A stretch of DNA of 32,000 nt from Candidatus Scalindua sp. (GCA_031316235.1 JALDRA010000001.1:2160001-2192000); one strand, 5' to 3'. Positions 1-8,790 are shown, counted from the stretch's first letter. A program made the numbers and translations. The notes: a model not told the origin generated them from the letters alone.

Positions 1-7
1 ACAAAAG

Positions 8-1540
8 GTGATACGTCATGATTTCGTGATAGAAGAATACAAAAACGATACGACCTACGTTTGGGATACCTGGGATCCACCCAGAAAAATCGAACTGAAA
101 CCAGGCACATTGTACGCTTATGCGCTCTACAGTGATAAAGAAAAGCGAATTATTCTGGGTCATGACCGTGTGTATTCTTTTCGCACCATGCCAGAGGGAA
201 ACGAACCTTATTCTTTCGCACTCTATTCATGCCATATGCCGTATTCATACACTATGTTTAAAAGCACTAAACTGGTAAATGAAGAGATGTGGGATTCTTT
301 TAAGGGCGCATTAGAACGCCATCGCGAAAAGGATCTCCGTTTTGTTATTGGTGGCGGTGACCAGGTTTACACTGACGGTGTGGAATCGCTCAGCATCTGG
401 GCATACCTCAATAAGGTAATGCGCAAAGAAAAAGAAACCGGTAAAATTCTTCCCACGCAGGAAGACATGGTAAGCTGGTACCGTGACATATATCGCGGTT
501 ACTGGGGGTTTAAATCACTACAAAATGTATTCTCAGATTTTCCTCTTTATATGATGTGGGACGACCATGAACTTGGTGATGGCTGCGGTTCCTATTATCT
601 AAATAAGGGCAGGAAAAAAGAACTGAACAGACTTCTGCCGGGTATAAATAATAAAAAAAAACATAAATCTCTTTCCTACAATGATGGGCTGACGCTGTAC
701 GATCGGATGATAAAGGCTGCCAAGCAGGTCTATCTAGAATATCAGCATTCACATAATCCCAAGACCCCCAATGGGCAGTATGATTATGGGTTTTACCTGG
801 GCGACCATTCGGCATTTTATTTTCTCGATGGACGTGGTTATCGAGATGTACAGCGTGATGATGAATACCGCATACTAGGCAAGGATCAATTAGATCGTTT
901 TAAGAGATGGCTTAATCACAAAGATACGAAATCCAAGAAGTGTGTATTTGTTTTAGCTGCTGTGCCCGTATTTCACATACGTTCCATAATCGCAAACAAG
1001 ACGGTAACAGATACTTTTACCCGAGAACTTTCTGATGACCTGCGCGATTCATGGGAACATGATATTCATGACAAAGAAAGATCAGAGTTTACTGAACTAC
1101 TTTTTCAAGCGGCGGGAAAAGGGCAACAGGTAAGCATTCTCAGCGGAGATGTGCATATGTCCGCAGCTTTTAAACTGATAAATGATGCAGGTCATGTGAT
1201 ATATCAGCTCACCTCTAGTGCAATAACATATAACACGCCGCTCATATCAGGCTGGTTGTTCGGTCAATTCGGTACACTGCCGGAGGAAGGAGAGACAAAA
1301 GAGGGCTATAAATTTGAAAGGAGGGCACTTTATCTTGACAGCAACTTTTCGATCATAAAAGTGAATCCGAATAATGGACAAGTTACTTTTCAACTTTATG
1401 GAAAGCAGTCCATACAACCGCCGGATAAAACACTTTTAAAGAAAAACCAGCCATACGTGGGTATGGCTGACATTCCCATTACGCACTCAATAGCGAGAAT
1501 AGACCTCGATTTTACTAAGGTAGAAAAGTCTGTTATTTAA
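8..1540 (+). CDS. PhoD-like metallophosphatase (alkaline phosphatase D family); 5' end may lie outside the window
   Basis: 510-aa ORF. Metallophosphatase/PhoD-type motifs are visible in the translation: GGGDQVYTD, MMWDDHELGDG, SGDVHMSAAF. The frame has no stop back to position 2, so the GTG at 8 may not be the true start. Confidence 0.75.
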   Translation: MIRHDFVIEEYKNDTTYVWDTWDPPRKIELKPGTLYAYALYSDKEKRIILGHDRVYSFRTMPEGNEPYSFALYSCHMPYSYTMFKSTKLVNEEMWDSFKGALERHREKDLRFVIGGGDQVYTDGVESLSIWAYLNKVMRKEKETGKILPTQEDMVSWYRDIYRGYWGFKSLQNVFSDFPLYMMWDDHELGDGCGSYYLNKGRKKELNRLLPGINNKKKHKSLSYNDGLTLYDRMIKAAKQVYLEYQHSHNPKTPNGQYDYGFYLGDHSAFYFLDGRGYRDVQRDDEYRILGKDQLDRFKRWLNHKDTKSKKCVFVLAAVPVFHIRSIIANKTVTDTFTRELSDDLRDSWEHDIHDKERSEFTELLFQAAGKGQQVSILSGDVHMSAAFKLINDAGHVIYQLTSSAITYNTPLISGWLFGQFGTLPEEGETKEGYKFERRALYLDSNFSIIKVNPNNGQVTFQLYGKQSIQPPDKTLLKKNQPYVGMADIPITHSIARIDLDFTKVEKSVI

Positions 1541-1590
1541 CGATTATTAAACTTAAGGGTTGACCTGTGAATTCAAGTTGACATTTTGAA

Positions 1591-3072
1591 ATGAATTTAA
1601 CAATTGAAAATATACTATTAGTTGGCTCTTTATTACTTTTTATAAGCGTTATTGTAGGCAAGACTTCTTATAAATTTGGCGTCCCTACATTATTGATTTT
1701 TTTAGCAATAGGAATGCTGGCAGGCACGGACGGAATTGGCGGTATTAATTTTGACAACCCACAAATGGCACGATTTGCGGGTGTTGTTTCTCTTAATTTT
1801 ATTTTGTTTTCAGGCGGGCTTGACACGAATTGGAAATCGGTAAAACCAATACTTCGCGAAGGTATTGTTTTGTCCACCCTGGGTGTTTTGTTAACAGCGA
1901 TGTCACTTGGAACTTTTGTTTGGTTCGTTACAGACTTCACTTTTTATGAAAGTATGCTGTTGGGTTCAATCGTATCATCGACGGACGCAGCAGCGGTATT
2001 TTCCATTTTACGCTCAAAGAGTCTTGCCTTGAAGACAAACTTAAGACCGACTTTAGAGTTAGAAAGCGGAAGTAACGACCCAATGGCTTATGTTCTGACT
2101 ATTGCATTTCTGACTTTAGTAATTAATCAGGACCAAAGTATTGTTTCTATTATTCCTCTATTTCTGCAACAAATGATTTTGGGCGGAATTGCAGGCTTTG
2201 CGTTTGGTAAGCTAAGTAAATTCATCATCAACAAAATCAAACTCGAATTTGAAGGACTTTATCCTGTTTTAGTAATTGCCTTAATGTTTGTTACATTTTC
2301 AGTAACTGACTTTGTCGGTGGTAATGGTTTTCTTGCAATTTATATTTGTGCGGTATACTTAGGCAATCAAAACCTGATTCACAAGAAAACTATTCTGATA
2401 ATGTATGAAGGTTTGGCTCGTCTGATGCAAATCGTTTTATTCCTTACTTTGGGCTTACTTGTTTTTCCAACTCGAGTTTTTCCTTTTATTGGTATCGGTA
2501 TACTGATTTCCATATTCCTGATTATAGTAGCTCGCCCGATAAGTGTTTTTATCAGTTTGATTTTTTTCAAAATGAAGTTAAGAAGGCGTTTTTATATTTC
2601 CTGGGTTGGGTTGCGTGGTGCTGTTCCAATTGTATTTGCCACATATCCGCTATTGACAGGAATAGAAAAAGCAGATATGATTTTCAATATTGTATTTTTT
2701 ATTTCGGTAACATCTGTTCTTATTCAGGGAACGACCTTATCGATAGTTGCGAAGTGGCTTAATGTTGCACTCCCTGAAAATGTCAAACCTTTATCTGAAA
2801 TCGAAAAGTTAATTTCAGAAATTTCAAAATCTTCTTTGCAGGAATTTGAAATTTTGCCCGACTTCCATGTGGTAAACAGGAGAATTGTTGATTTGGATTT
2901 CCCTGAATCTGCTTTCATTGTAATGATTAAGCGAAATGGCAAATACATTAGACCAGGTGGTTCAACAGTGATTGAAGCAAAGGATGTTTTGATGGTTCTT
3001 GCTGACAGTCAGAAAGATTTTGCCAAAGTAAATGATTGCCTTTACAAACCAAATAACGCAATAAAAATATAG
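1591..3072 (+). CDS. CPA1-family K+/H+ (cation/proton) antiporter, NhaP2/CvrA type, with C-terminal RCK_C (TrkA-C)-like domain
   Basis: 493-aa ORF. About 390 aa of multi-pass hydrophobic sequence is followed by a soluble tail (RIVDLDFPESAFIVMIKRNGKYIRPGGSTVIEAKDVLMVLAD) typical of TrkA-C. Architecture recognised from memory of the family. Conspicuously AT-rich. Confidence 0.8.
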   Translation: MNLTIENILLVGSLLLFISVIVGKTSYKFGVPTLLIFLAIGMLAGTDGIGGINFDNPQMARFAGVVSLNFILFSGGLDTNWKSVKPILREGIVLSTLGVLLTAMSLGTFVWFVTDFTFYESMLLGSIVSSTDAAAVFSILRSKSLALKTNLRPTLELESGSNDPMAYVLTIAFLTLVINQDQSIVSIIPLFLQQMILGGIAGFAFGKLSKFIINKIKLEFEGLYPVLVIALMFVTFSVTDFVGGNGFLAIYICAVYLGNQNLIHKKTILIMYEGLARLMQIVLFLTLGLLVFPTRVFPFIGIGILISIFLIIVARPISVFISLIFFKMKLRRRFYISWVGLRGAVPIVFATYPLLTGIEKADMIFNIVFFISVTSVLIQGTTLSIVAKWLNVALPENVKPLSEIEKLISEISKSSLQEFEILPDFHVVNRRIVDLDFPESAFIVMIKRNGKYIRPGGSTVIEAKDVLMVLADSQKDFAKVNDCLYKPNNAIKI

Positions 3073-3076
3073 AGAA

Positions 3077-3895
3077 ATGACCAAAAGATTTATTATACTT
3101 ATTGACTTTTCGGAGTATTCGAGCAACCTGATCAAGTATGCCTGTGATTGGAGCAAACAAGTAAAGGCCGAAATTCTTTTGATTCATCAAACCACAGTAT
3201 TAGCGCCTGCACTTACCGACAATGAAAGCAGACAGCATATTGCTCAACTCGCCAATGATGAAGCACTTCAAAAATTAAAATCGCTTGCAAAAGAACTCAT
3301 TCCGAATACTTTCATGGTTTCTTATTCAGTTTCAGAAAGTCATTTGCAGTTTGTTTTACAAAAATTCTTAGCAGAACCGTTTGAAAATTTAATTTTTGTC
3401 GGGCTGAAAGGCACAGGACTACTCAAAAAAATATTTCTAGGCAGTGTTGCACTTCGGGTAATTGACAACACAAATAATACTGTAGTTGCAATGCCGAAAG
3501 AAATTGACACTTTTTCACACAAAAAAATATTTGTGGCAGTTACTGAAAAACATCCTTTCAGTATATTGGAACTAAACAACTTTCTCAAATTCATAGACAA
3601 CCAGAACACCAACATCACATTTTTTTATCTGGCAAAACCCAATGAAAAAACAATCGGTATTGCAAAGCAACTGCGGGAATTATCAGAAATGTTTGCCGAT
3701 AGATTTGATACCGACTTTGCCATTTTCGAAGGGCACAACTCTTTTGACGATATTAAGAAAGTAATTAGCAACAAAACTGATGAAATGCTGATCGTTCAAA
3801 AAGGTTCACGTCATTTGACGGACCAATTTTTCAGAAAATTTTTAATCAATGACTTAATTTACGAAGGACGAACTCCTTTGATTATTTTACCATAA
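3077..3895 (+). CDS. tandem universal stress protein (UspA-family) domain protein
   Basis: 272-aa ORF starting 4 nt after the antiporter stop. Two Usp-like halves (ILIDFSEYSSNLIKYA...ILLIHQ; GSVALRVIDNTNNTVVAMP; second half ending TPLIILP). Confidence 0.6.
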   Translation: MTKRFIILIDFSEYSSNLIKYACDWSKQVKAEILLIHQTTVLAPALTDNESRQHIAQLANDEALQKLKSLAKELIPNTFMVSYSVSESHLQFVLQKFLAEPFENLIFVGLKGTGLLKKIFLGSVALRVIDNTNNTVVAMPKEIDTFSHKKIFVAVTEKHPFSILELNNFLKFIDNQNTNITFFYLAKPNEKTIGIAKQLRELSEMFADRFDTDFAIFEGHNSFDDIKKVISNKTDEMLIVQKGSRHLTDQFFRKFLINDLIYEGRTPLIILP

Positions 3896-4147
3896 AAAAT
3901 ATAAAATGATTGTAAGACCTGAAAGAAGCACAGCAGCCGACAGCACCTACCCAAAAGTGGCGGATCAGTGATAAAATCACGCTTTGTGCATCTATCCAGG
4001 TTTGTGGCTTATTGACAGTGAAGTGCTTCTAAATCACCACCTTCGGGTAGCTGCAAACCGTCAGGCACAAGGGCAGGGGCGGGTCAGAAAAGTAAGTATG
4101 CACCAGAAAATCAGAAGATACTAAGGTACTATAGTATTTCATCATTG

Positions 4148-4321
4148 TCCGGTCAGGTTTTTGCGTATTTAATTTATTGTCCCAAAACTGTCATTCCCGC
4201 CCGCCTGTACCTATTCGGGCAGGCATGTTTCTAGCGGGAATCTATGATGAAACGAGTCTCTGGATACCCGATAAAGGCGTTCGGGTATGACGAAAGCCGC
4301 CTAAGCAAAAACCTGACCGGA
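4148..4321. repeat. 174-bp composite palindromic element (family 3)
   Basis: Perfect 17-bp terminal inverted repeat: TCCGGTCAGGTTTTTGC (4148-4164) and GCAAAAACCTGACCGGA (4305-4321). It encloses two internal hairpins, ATTCCCGC (4193-4200)/GCGGGAAT (4234-4241) and ATACCCGA (4264-4271)/TCGGGTAT (4281-4288). Confidence 0.7.
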
Positions 4322-4402
4322 CGTTACTGATTGTATTTAGAAAAATGGTCAGAGATAACAGATGAAGATGAACCTGTTGTTTTATCATCTTTTGAAACGG
4401 TG

Positions 4403-4577
4403 TATACTAAAACCGATTTGATTTTAACTGTTTTCATGCTTTGCGTTCTTAGCGTCTTGGCGTGATATACTAAAACCAAAGCCTGGTTAATGGTATCCCC
4501 GGACAAAAAGCGCCGAAGACTTTACTCGCTCAATTTTATCTCGGATTGTATCCGAAAACCATTTCGAGATGAGTATA
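4403..4577 (+). repeat. family-1 repeat, rearranged copy D (duplicated left terminus, left hairpin lost)
   Basis: TATACTAAAACC occurs twice (4403 and 4466). From 4491 on it is collinear with the consensus (GGTATCCCCGGACAAAAAGCGCCGA...GAGATGAGTATA) and ends AGTATA at 4572-4577. Confidence 0.85.
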
Positions 4578-4631
4578 ATTGGGTGGGCAGTGAAACCCTA
4601 TGGTTGAAGGAAAACTGCCCAGGTACAAGGC

Positions 4632-4693
4632 GTGTAATAACTGCGGAACCGGAGCGTACTTTCAGTACGTGAGGGTTACAAAATTATTACAGC
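4632..4693 (-). repeat. family-2 ~66-bp repeat, copy 2a (inverted relative to 2b/2c)
   Basis: The reverse complement shares GTAATAATT and an exact 14-mer AGTACGCTCCGGTT with copy 2c at matching spacing. Central hairpin CGTACT-ttc-AGTACG. Confidence 0.6.
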
Positions 4694-4718
4694 AACGCCG
4701 TAGACGGGTAGTTTTCGT

Positions 4719-5291
4719 TCAACCACGTTCGATGATTTGAATAATTTCTCGCAGACTATCTATTTCGAAGTCGGGAATGACATCCATCTCAAGGTATTTC
4801 CTGTAGCGCAGCAGGGCTGTTTTTGCTCCTGCCGCTTTGCCGCACATGATATCGTATTTGTAATCTCCCACCATGAGCAGGTAGTCGGTATGGATATTCA
4901 TCATTTTACTCAATAAAAGGATGGCATCGGGGGCGGGTTTCGGCCGGGCATCGTCCCTGCTTATGACATGTTCAAAATGGATGTTGTGCTTGTTCATCAC
5001 AACATCAACCGATTTACGGCAGTTGCGGGTCAAGATCGCTGTTTTTAACTGCTTTTGTGACAGATAGTCCAGCAGTTCATGCACGCCTTCGTTGAGCTCA
5101 GACTCCATGGCGGCCTGTGTCTCAACCTGATCAAATATTTCCATCGCCTTTGCACGTGCTTCCGGGCTGGACCTTTCCGCGTGTTCAAGCACAAACCCGA
5201 TATTTTTCTCAATTTCCCGTTCAAGAGCGGCAAAATCGACTTTAGGCTTTGTGATAGTGCCATCCATATCAAATATAATCCCCTGCAGCAT
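4719..5291 (-). CDS. HAD-superfamily phosphatase/hydrolase
   Basis: HAD motifs are visible: FDMDGT (motif I), LTRN (motif II), GDYKYD (motif IV). I prefer the ATG at 5291 (AAGGA 8 nt upstream) over the TTG at 5333 used by the ORF track. Confidence 0.7.
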   Translation of the reverse strand: MLQGIIFDMDGTITKPKVDFAALEREIEKNIGFVLEHAERSSPEARAKAMEIFDQVETQAAMESELNEGVHELLDYLSQKQLKTAILTRNCRKSVDVVMNKHNIHFEHVISRDDARPKPAPDAILLLSKMMNIHTDYLLMVGDYKYDIMCGKAAGAKTALLRYRKYLEMDVIPDFEIDSLREIIQIIERG

Positions 5292-5480
5292 GAGTAAGTC
5301 CTTAACGATTGTTTCACCTATTGCGGGGTTCAAAAATTACTGTTCTCAATTTACAGAACCCGAATACATTTAAAATTACACTGTTTTCATTATAAAACCG
5401 AACTAGGTAAAATTTCAGATTTGTGTCTCCTCCCTCTGCCGGCCGGATCACCAGGCGGGGAGAGTCTGTTTTGCTCTTGA

Positions 5481-5505
5481 TAGTCTAAAACCGGTCTGGT
5501 GACGG
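5481..5505 (+). repeat. family-1 left-end fragment K
   Basis: TAGTCTAAAACCGGTCTGGT matches the consensus TATACTAAAACCGATCTGGT at 17/20 positions. Confidence 0.45.
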
Positions 5506-5623
5506 AAGAATACCTGAAATTGACTGATTTTGCAACCTCGTAATTTCTGTATAAACCGGTATCTCATAATAATATCAGTATGTCACGTCTCTCTTTTTCT
5601 GCGCCGTTTACCCTCTCAGGCTT

Positions 5624-5736
5624 TCTACTCATTTTACAATGGTTTCCGGATAAAATCCGAGATAAAATTGAGCGAGTATACCAGCAGCCAGGATCTGGTT
5701 TCCGGTAAAACCGAAAACCAGATCGGTTTTAGTATA
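5624..5736 (-). repeat. family-1 repeat, copy F (inverted, net 26-bp internal deletion)
   Basis: The reverse complement is collinear with the consensus from TATACTAAAACCGATCTGG to the right-hand hairpin. The central GTCCTCGGCGCTTTTTGTCCGGGGA segment is missing. Confidence 0.8.
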
Positions 5737-5797
5737 CCATACTCATTCGAGAAATCATCCTGGCATGGGTATATCTTTCATTTCTGTAACAAATTGC

Positions 5798-5827
5798 TTG
5801 ACACCAATACGAATGCTCTGTTACCAT
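5798..5827 (+). promoter_or_regulatory. candidate sigma70-type promoter for feoB (TTGACA-18-TACCAT)
   Basis: Perfect -35 hexamer at 5798-5803 and a 4/6 -10 match at 5822-5827. Position is sensible but unverified. Confidence 0.25.
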
Positions 5828-5838
5828 GAAACAGTTTT

Positions 5839-5859
5839 AATTGGTTCTCATTCTCAATT
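5839..5859. promoter_or_regulatory. candidate Fur-family-like operator, site 1 (AATTGGTTCTCATTCTCAATT)
   Basis: Lies just downstream of the candidate -10 and 143 nt upstream of the feoB ATG. TGAGAA-TGAGAA on the other strand resembles the GATAAT hexamer repeats of Fur boxes. The same core recurs at 12104-12124 and 12205-12225. Confidence 0.3.
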
Positions 5860-6001
5860 TCCAGGGGCTCCTCCAATCTCAGAATAAATCTCTGACAGTT
5901 ATGTTGCGATTTATGAACATGTGATTGTACCGGTCTGCACAACCGGCACCCGCTCCTCCGGCTTTTTCATCGAAGTACCGTATCAGTATGTGGATAAAAA
6001 A

Positions 6002-8275
6002 ATGGATCTATTAGAGAAAAAAACAAAGGAATCCTGTATAGCCCTTGTGGGTAATCCAAATGTGGGAAAGAGTGTAATATTCGGGTTGCTGACGGGGAAA
6101 TATGTGACTGTTTCAAACTATCCCGGAACAACCGTAGAAGTCTCCCGCGGAAAGTTCATGGAAGCAGGCGGGGCGGTGGAGGTTGTCGATACACCGGGCT
6201 CTAACAGTTTAATCGCTCATTCAGAGGATGAGCGGGTTGCAAGGGATATCCTGATCGAAGGTTCAGAGAAGAAGATCATACAGATAATGGATGCCAAAAA
6301 CCTGCAAAGAGGTCTTCTGATTACATCCCAGATAGCCGAGATGGGCCTGTCCTTAGCAATCGGCCTGAATATGTGGGATGAGACCCTGGATAGAGGGATG
6401 TCAATTGATGTTGCAAGGTTGCAGGAGATCCTGGGAGTACCGATAACAAAGACAATTGCTACACAAAAATACGGCATAAGCGCATTAAAAAATTCCGTAG
6501 ACTCGGCACAGGTACCGAAATTAACCATACATTACGGGGCCGTCATTGAAGACGGTATAAAGAGAATCGAAGAGCGGATACCTGAACATCATCTCATAAA
6601 GAAAAGGGCCATCGCCATAATGTTATTGTCTTATGACGAAACACTGGAAGAGACCCTGGGGTTCGATGCGGAGACACAAAATCACATTCATCATATCAGG
6701 GATGAGATTCAACAGAATTTTAACCTTCCGCTCAGTTACATAATAACCAAAAAACGCAGTGATTATGTTAAGAGTCTCCTGGAGGGCTTAATAACCTATG
6801 CGGTTAAAGATTCTGAAGGGAGAGGGTTTCTGAGAAATCTTTTTTTCTTCCTTGTGGCACCCCTTCTTACTTTCGCTATCGGTTTCAAGATTACTGATAT
6901 GATCTTATTCACCATATTAGGTAATGCCTCAGGAAACGGTCAATGGGAGCTGTATTTGAAAATTGCAGGAGGCGTCTTCTCTCTCGGTTTTTTCTCTTAT
7001 CATCTCTTTTCACGTGAGTACACCTCAAAACGGTCCACGTCAAATATCCTGGGCTCATTAATGATGCATCCGGTCCTGGCATGGCCGATACTCATTGTGG
7101 TGCTCTGGTGTATTTACAAGATGGTTGGCGAATTCGGTGCGGGAGATTGTGTTGATTTTATTGAGAATAAGATTTTTGGCTCATCAATGGAGAAGTCAGG
7201 GGGATTTGATTTTAAGTTTTTTATCCCTTTTACGGGGATAGAGTATGTCTTTACCCACGTCAACTTTCAGGGATTTAATTACTACCTGGGAACGTTGTTC
7301 CAGATGTTCATGAGTACCGACAATATATTCTTTCAGCTCTTTATGGGTAAAGAGGCCGGAGTGATACAGGTCGGACTGACCTATTCTATTGCAATTGTAC
7401 TGCCTATTGTCGGGTTCTTTTTCCTTGGTTTCGGCCTCATGGAGGATAGCGGATACCTGCCGAGACTGGCCGTAATGGTAAACAGGCTGTTTAAGGTAAT
7501 CGGCTTGAATGGTAAGGCTGTTTTACCGATGATTCTGGGTCTGGGGTGTGATACGATGGCGACTCTGACCACACGGATTCTGGACACAAAAAAAGAGAGG
7601 ATCATAACCACTCTCCTTCTTGCACTTGCAGTGCCGTGTTCTGCACAGCTGGGGGTTATCGCCGGTATACTCGGCAGCATATCCGGCGTCCATTTTGCGA
7701 TTTATGTCGTAGTAATTATTTCCCAGATGCTGCTGGTTGGTTTTCTTTCGTCAAAGATCCTCAAGGGAACACAATCGGACTTTCTCATGGAGATGCCGCC
7801 GATCCGGATGCCGAAGGTGACCAATATTTTATTGAAGACCTATTATCGGACAAAGTGGTTTCTCAAGGAAGCGGTACCGCTCTTCATTATCGGTACATTT
7901 GCCCTGTTTGTCCTGATAAAACTTGGTCTCTTGACCTATATCGAGAAGGCGGCCAGCCCTGTTGTAAAACATTTCCTGGGTTTGCCTGTTGAGACGGCAA
8001 GGGGTTTTATTCTCGGTTTTTTACGCAGGGATTATGCTGTTGTGAGTATTTTCAAGGCACTTGAAGATAAGGCCGGTGGCCTGGCAATTGATCCCAATCA
8101 GCTTATCGTAGCACTTGTTGTTATCACGCTCTTTGTGCCATGCCTGGCAAACTTCTTTGTCATGATCAAGGAACATGGTATCAAAACAGCATTTTTGATG
8201 CTGGGCTTTATCCTCCCTTTTGCATTTCTCGTTGGCGGTCTCCTGAGATACATCCTGCAGCTTCTCCCGATCTGA
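6002..8275 (+). CDS. feoB: ferrous iron transporter FeoB
   Basis: N-terminal G-domain motifs GNPNVGKS (G1), DTPG (G3), NMWD (G4), followed by a large polytopic membrane domain. Start moved to the ATG at 6002 (MDLLEKK...), 13 aa before IALVGNPNVGKS. The GTG at 5921 adds 27 non-FeoB-like residues. Confidence 0.9.
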   Translation: MDLLEKKTKESCIALVGNPNVGKSVIFGLLTGKYVTVSNYPGTTVEVSRGKFMEAGGAVEVVDTPGSNSLIAHSEDERVARDILIEGSEKKIIQIMDAKNLQRGLLITSQIAEMGLSLAIGLNMWDETLDRGMSIDVARLQEILGVPITKTIATQKYGISALKNSVDSAQVPKLTIHYGAVIEDGIKRIEERIPEHHLIKKRAIAIMLLSYDETLEETLGFDAETQNHIHHIRDEIQQNFNLPLSYIITKKRSDYVKSLLEGLITYAVKDSEGRGFLRNLFFFLVAPLLTFAIGFKITDMILFTILGNASGNGQWELYLKIAGGVFSLGFFSYHLFSREYTSKRSTSNILGSLMMHPVLAWPILIVVLWCIYKMVGEFGAGDCVDFIENKIFGSSMEKSGGFDFKFFIPFTGIEYVFTHVNFQGFNYYLGTLFQMFMSTDNIFFQLFMGKEAGVIQVGLTYSIAIVLPIVGFFFLGFGLMEDSGYLPRLAVMVNRLFKVIGLNGKAVLPMILGLGCDTMATLTTRILDTKKERIITTLLLALAVPCSAQLGVIAGILGSISGVHFAIYVVVIISQMLLVGFLSSKILKGTQSDFLMEMPPIRMPKVTNILLKTYYRTKWFLKEAVPLFIIGTFALFVLIKLGLLTYIEKAASPVVKHFLGLPVETARGFILGFLRRDYAVVSIFKALEDKAGGLAIDPNQLIVALVVITLFVPCLANFFVMIKEHGIKTAFLMLGFILPFAFLVGGLLRYILQLLPI

Positions 8276-8449
8276 TCAGATCTCTTCAGCGTTTCACGGA
8301 GCCAGAGTGCCTGCTCACTCACGCATCAGAGGAAATGGGCCTCACTTATTTTCAAATCATCAAAATACCCGTTGTTTCACGAGCCGCAACCTGCGGGTTT
8401 TCAGACTTTTCGGCTCTTGTCCGGGTCTCTGCCGCATTATCCGCTGAAG

Positions 8450-8478
8450 TATACGAAAACCAAACCGGTTTTCGTATA
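8450..8478. repeat. 29-bp perfect hairpin built from the family-1 terminal motif
   Basis: TATACGAAAACC (8450-8461), loop aaacc, GGTTTTCGTATA (8467-8478). 12-bp perfect stem. Confidence 0.6.
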
Positions 8479-8557
8479 TTCAGGAAATTTCGGACTGTTT
8501 TCTTCTGTTCCGCAATTGTGCAATGCCTGACAGCCTTCATCTTTCATCCGGAATTCA

Positions 8558-8767
8558 TCAGTTAATGAGCCGTATCTTTTCTCCCCATACATTTTGCTTT
8601 ATTGATATCAGGCCCTCATTTGCGAGCCAACCGATAGCCTGGTTGAAAAGGGCCCTCTTCATTCGTAACCGTCTCCTTAATTTCGGGAGAAACATCTCTC
8701 CGCTGTTTACATTTAATCGAATCCAGACTATGTCTGCAGCTACTTTAATCTGGTTTGTAATCTCCAT
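8558..8767 (-). CDS. small winged-helix-like protein (DUF2582-like by recollection)
   Basis: 69-aa ORF with a strong RBS (AAGGAG 5-6 nt upstream of the ATG at 8767), 24 nt downstream of the preceding gene. Pattern IW..L...GEM....L...L......L..AIGWLA.EG.I resembles small wHTH proteins. Confidence 0.5.
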   Translation of the reverse strand: MEITNQIKVAADIVWIRLNVNSGEMFLPKLRRRLRMKRALFNQAIGWLANEGLISIKQNVWGEKIRLIN

Positions 8768-8790
8768 AACATCTCCTTATAAAAAAGTAT

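Noticed and set aside
3896-4147. Possible SRP/4.5S or 6S RNA (GTCAGG...AAGG.GCAGG resembles the SRP domain IV sequence)
   Set aside because: The conserved GGAA tetraloop and symmetric-loop context are missing. Only fragmentary resemblance, so it is kept solely as unexplained sequence.
4324-4672. ORFs 4324-4506 (-) and 4490-4672 (+), 60 aa each
   Set aside because: Both are translations of family-1 copy D and its flanks (the SPDKKRRRLYSLNFISD peptide recurs wherever the repeat occurs). No RBS and no independent support.
5530-5829. 99-aa ORF upstream of feoB, considered as a possible FeoA
   Set aside because: Its core (GFRIKSEIKLSEY...DLVSGKTENQIGFSI) is translated family-1 copy F. It has no FeoA-like SH3 pattern.
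5921-6001. GTG-initiated 27-aa N-terminal extension of FeoB in the ORF track
   Set aside because: The extension has no FeoB or FeoA similarity. The ATG at 6002 gives the canonical distance to the GNPNVGKS P-loop.
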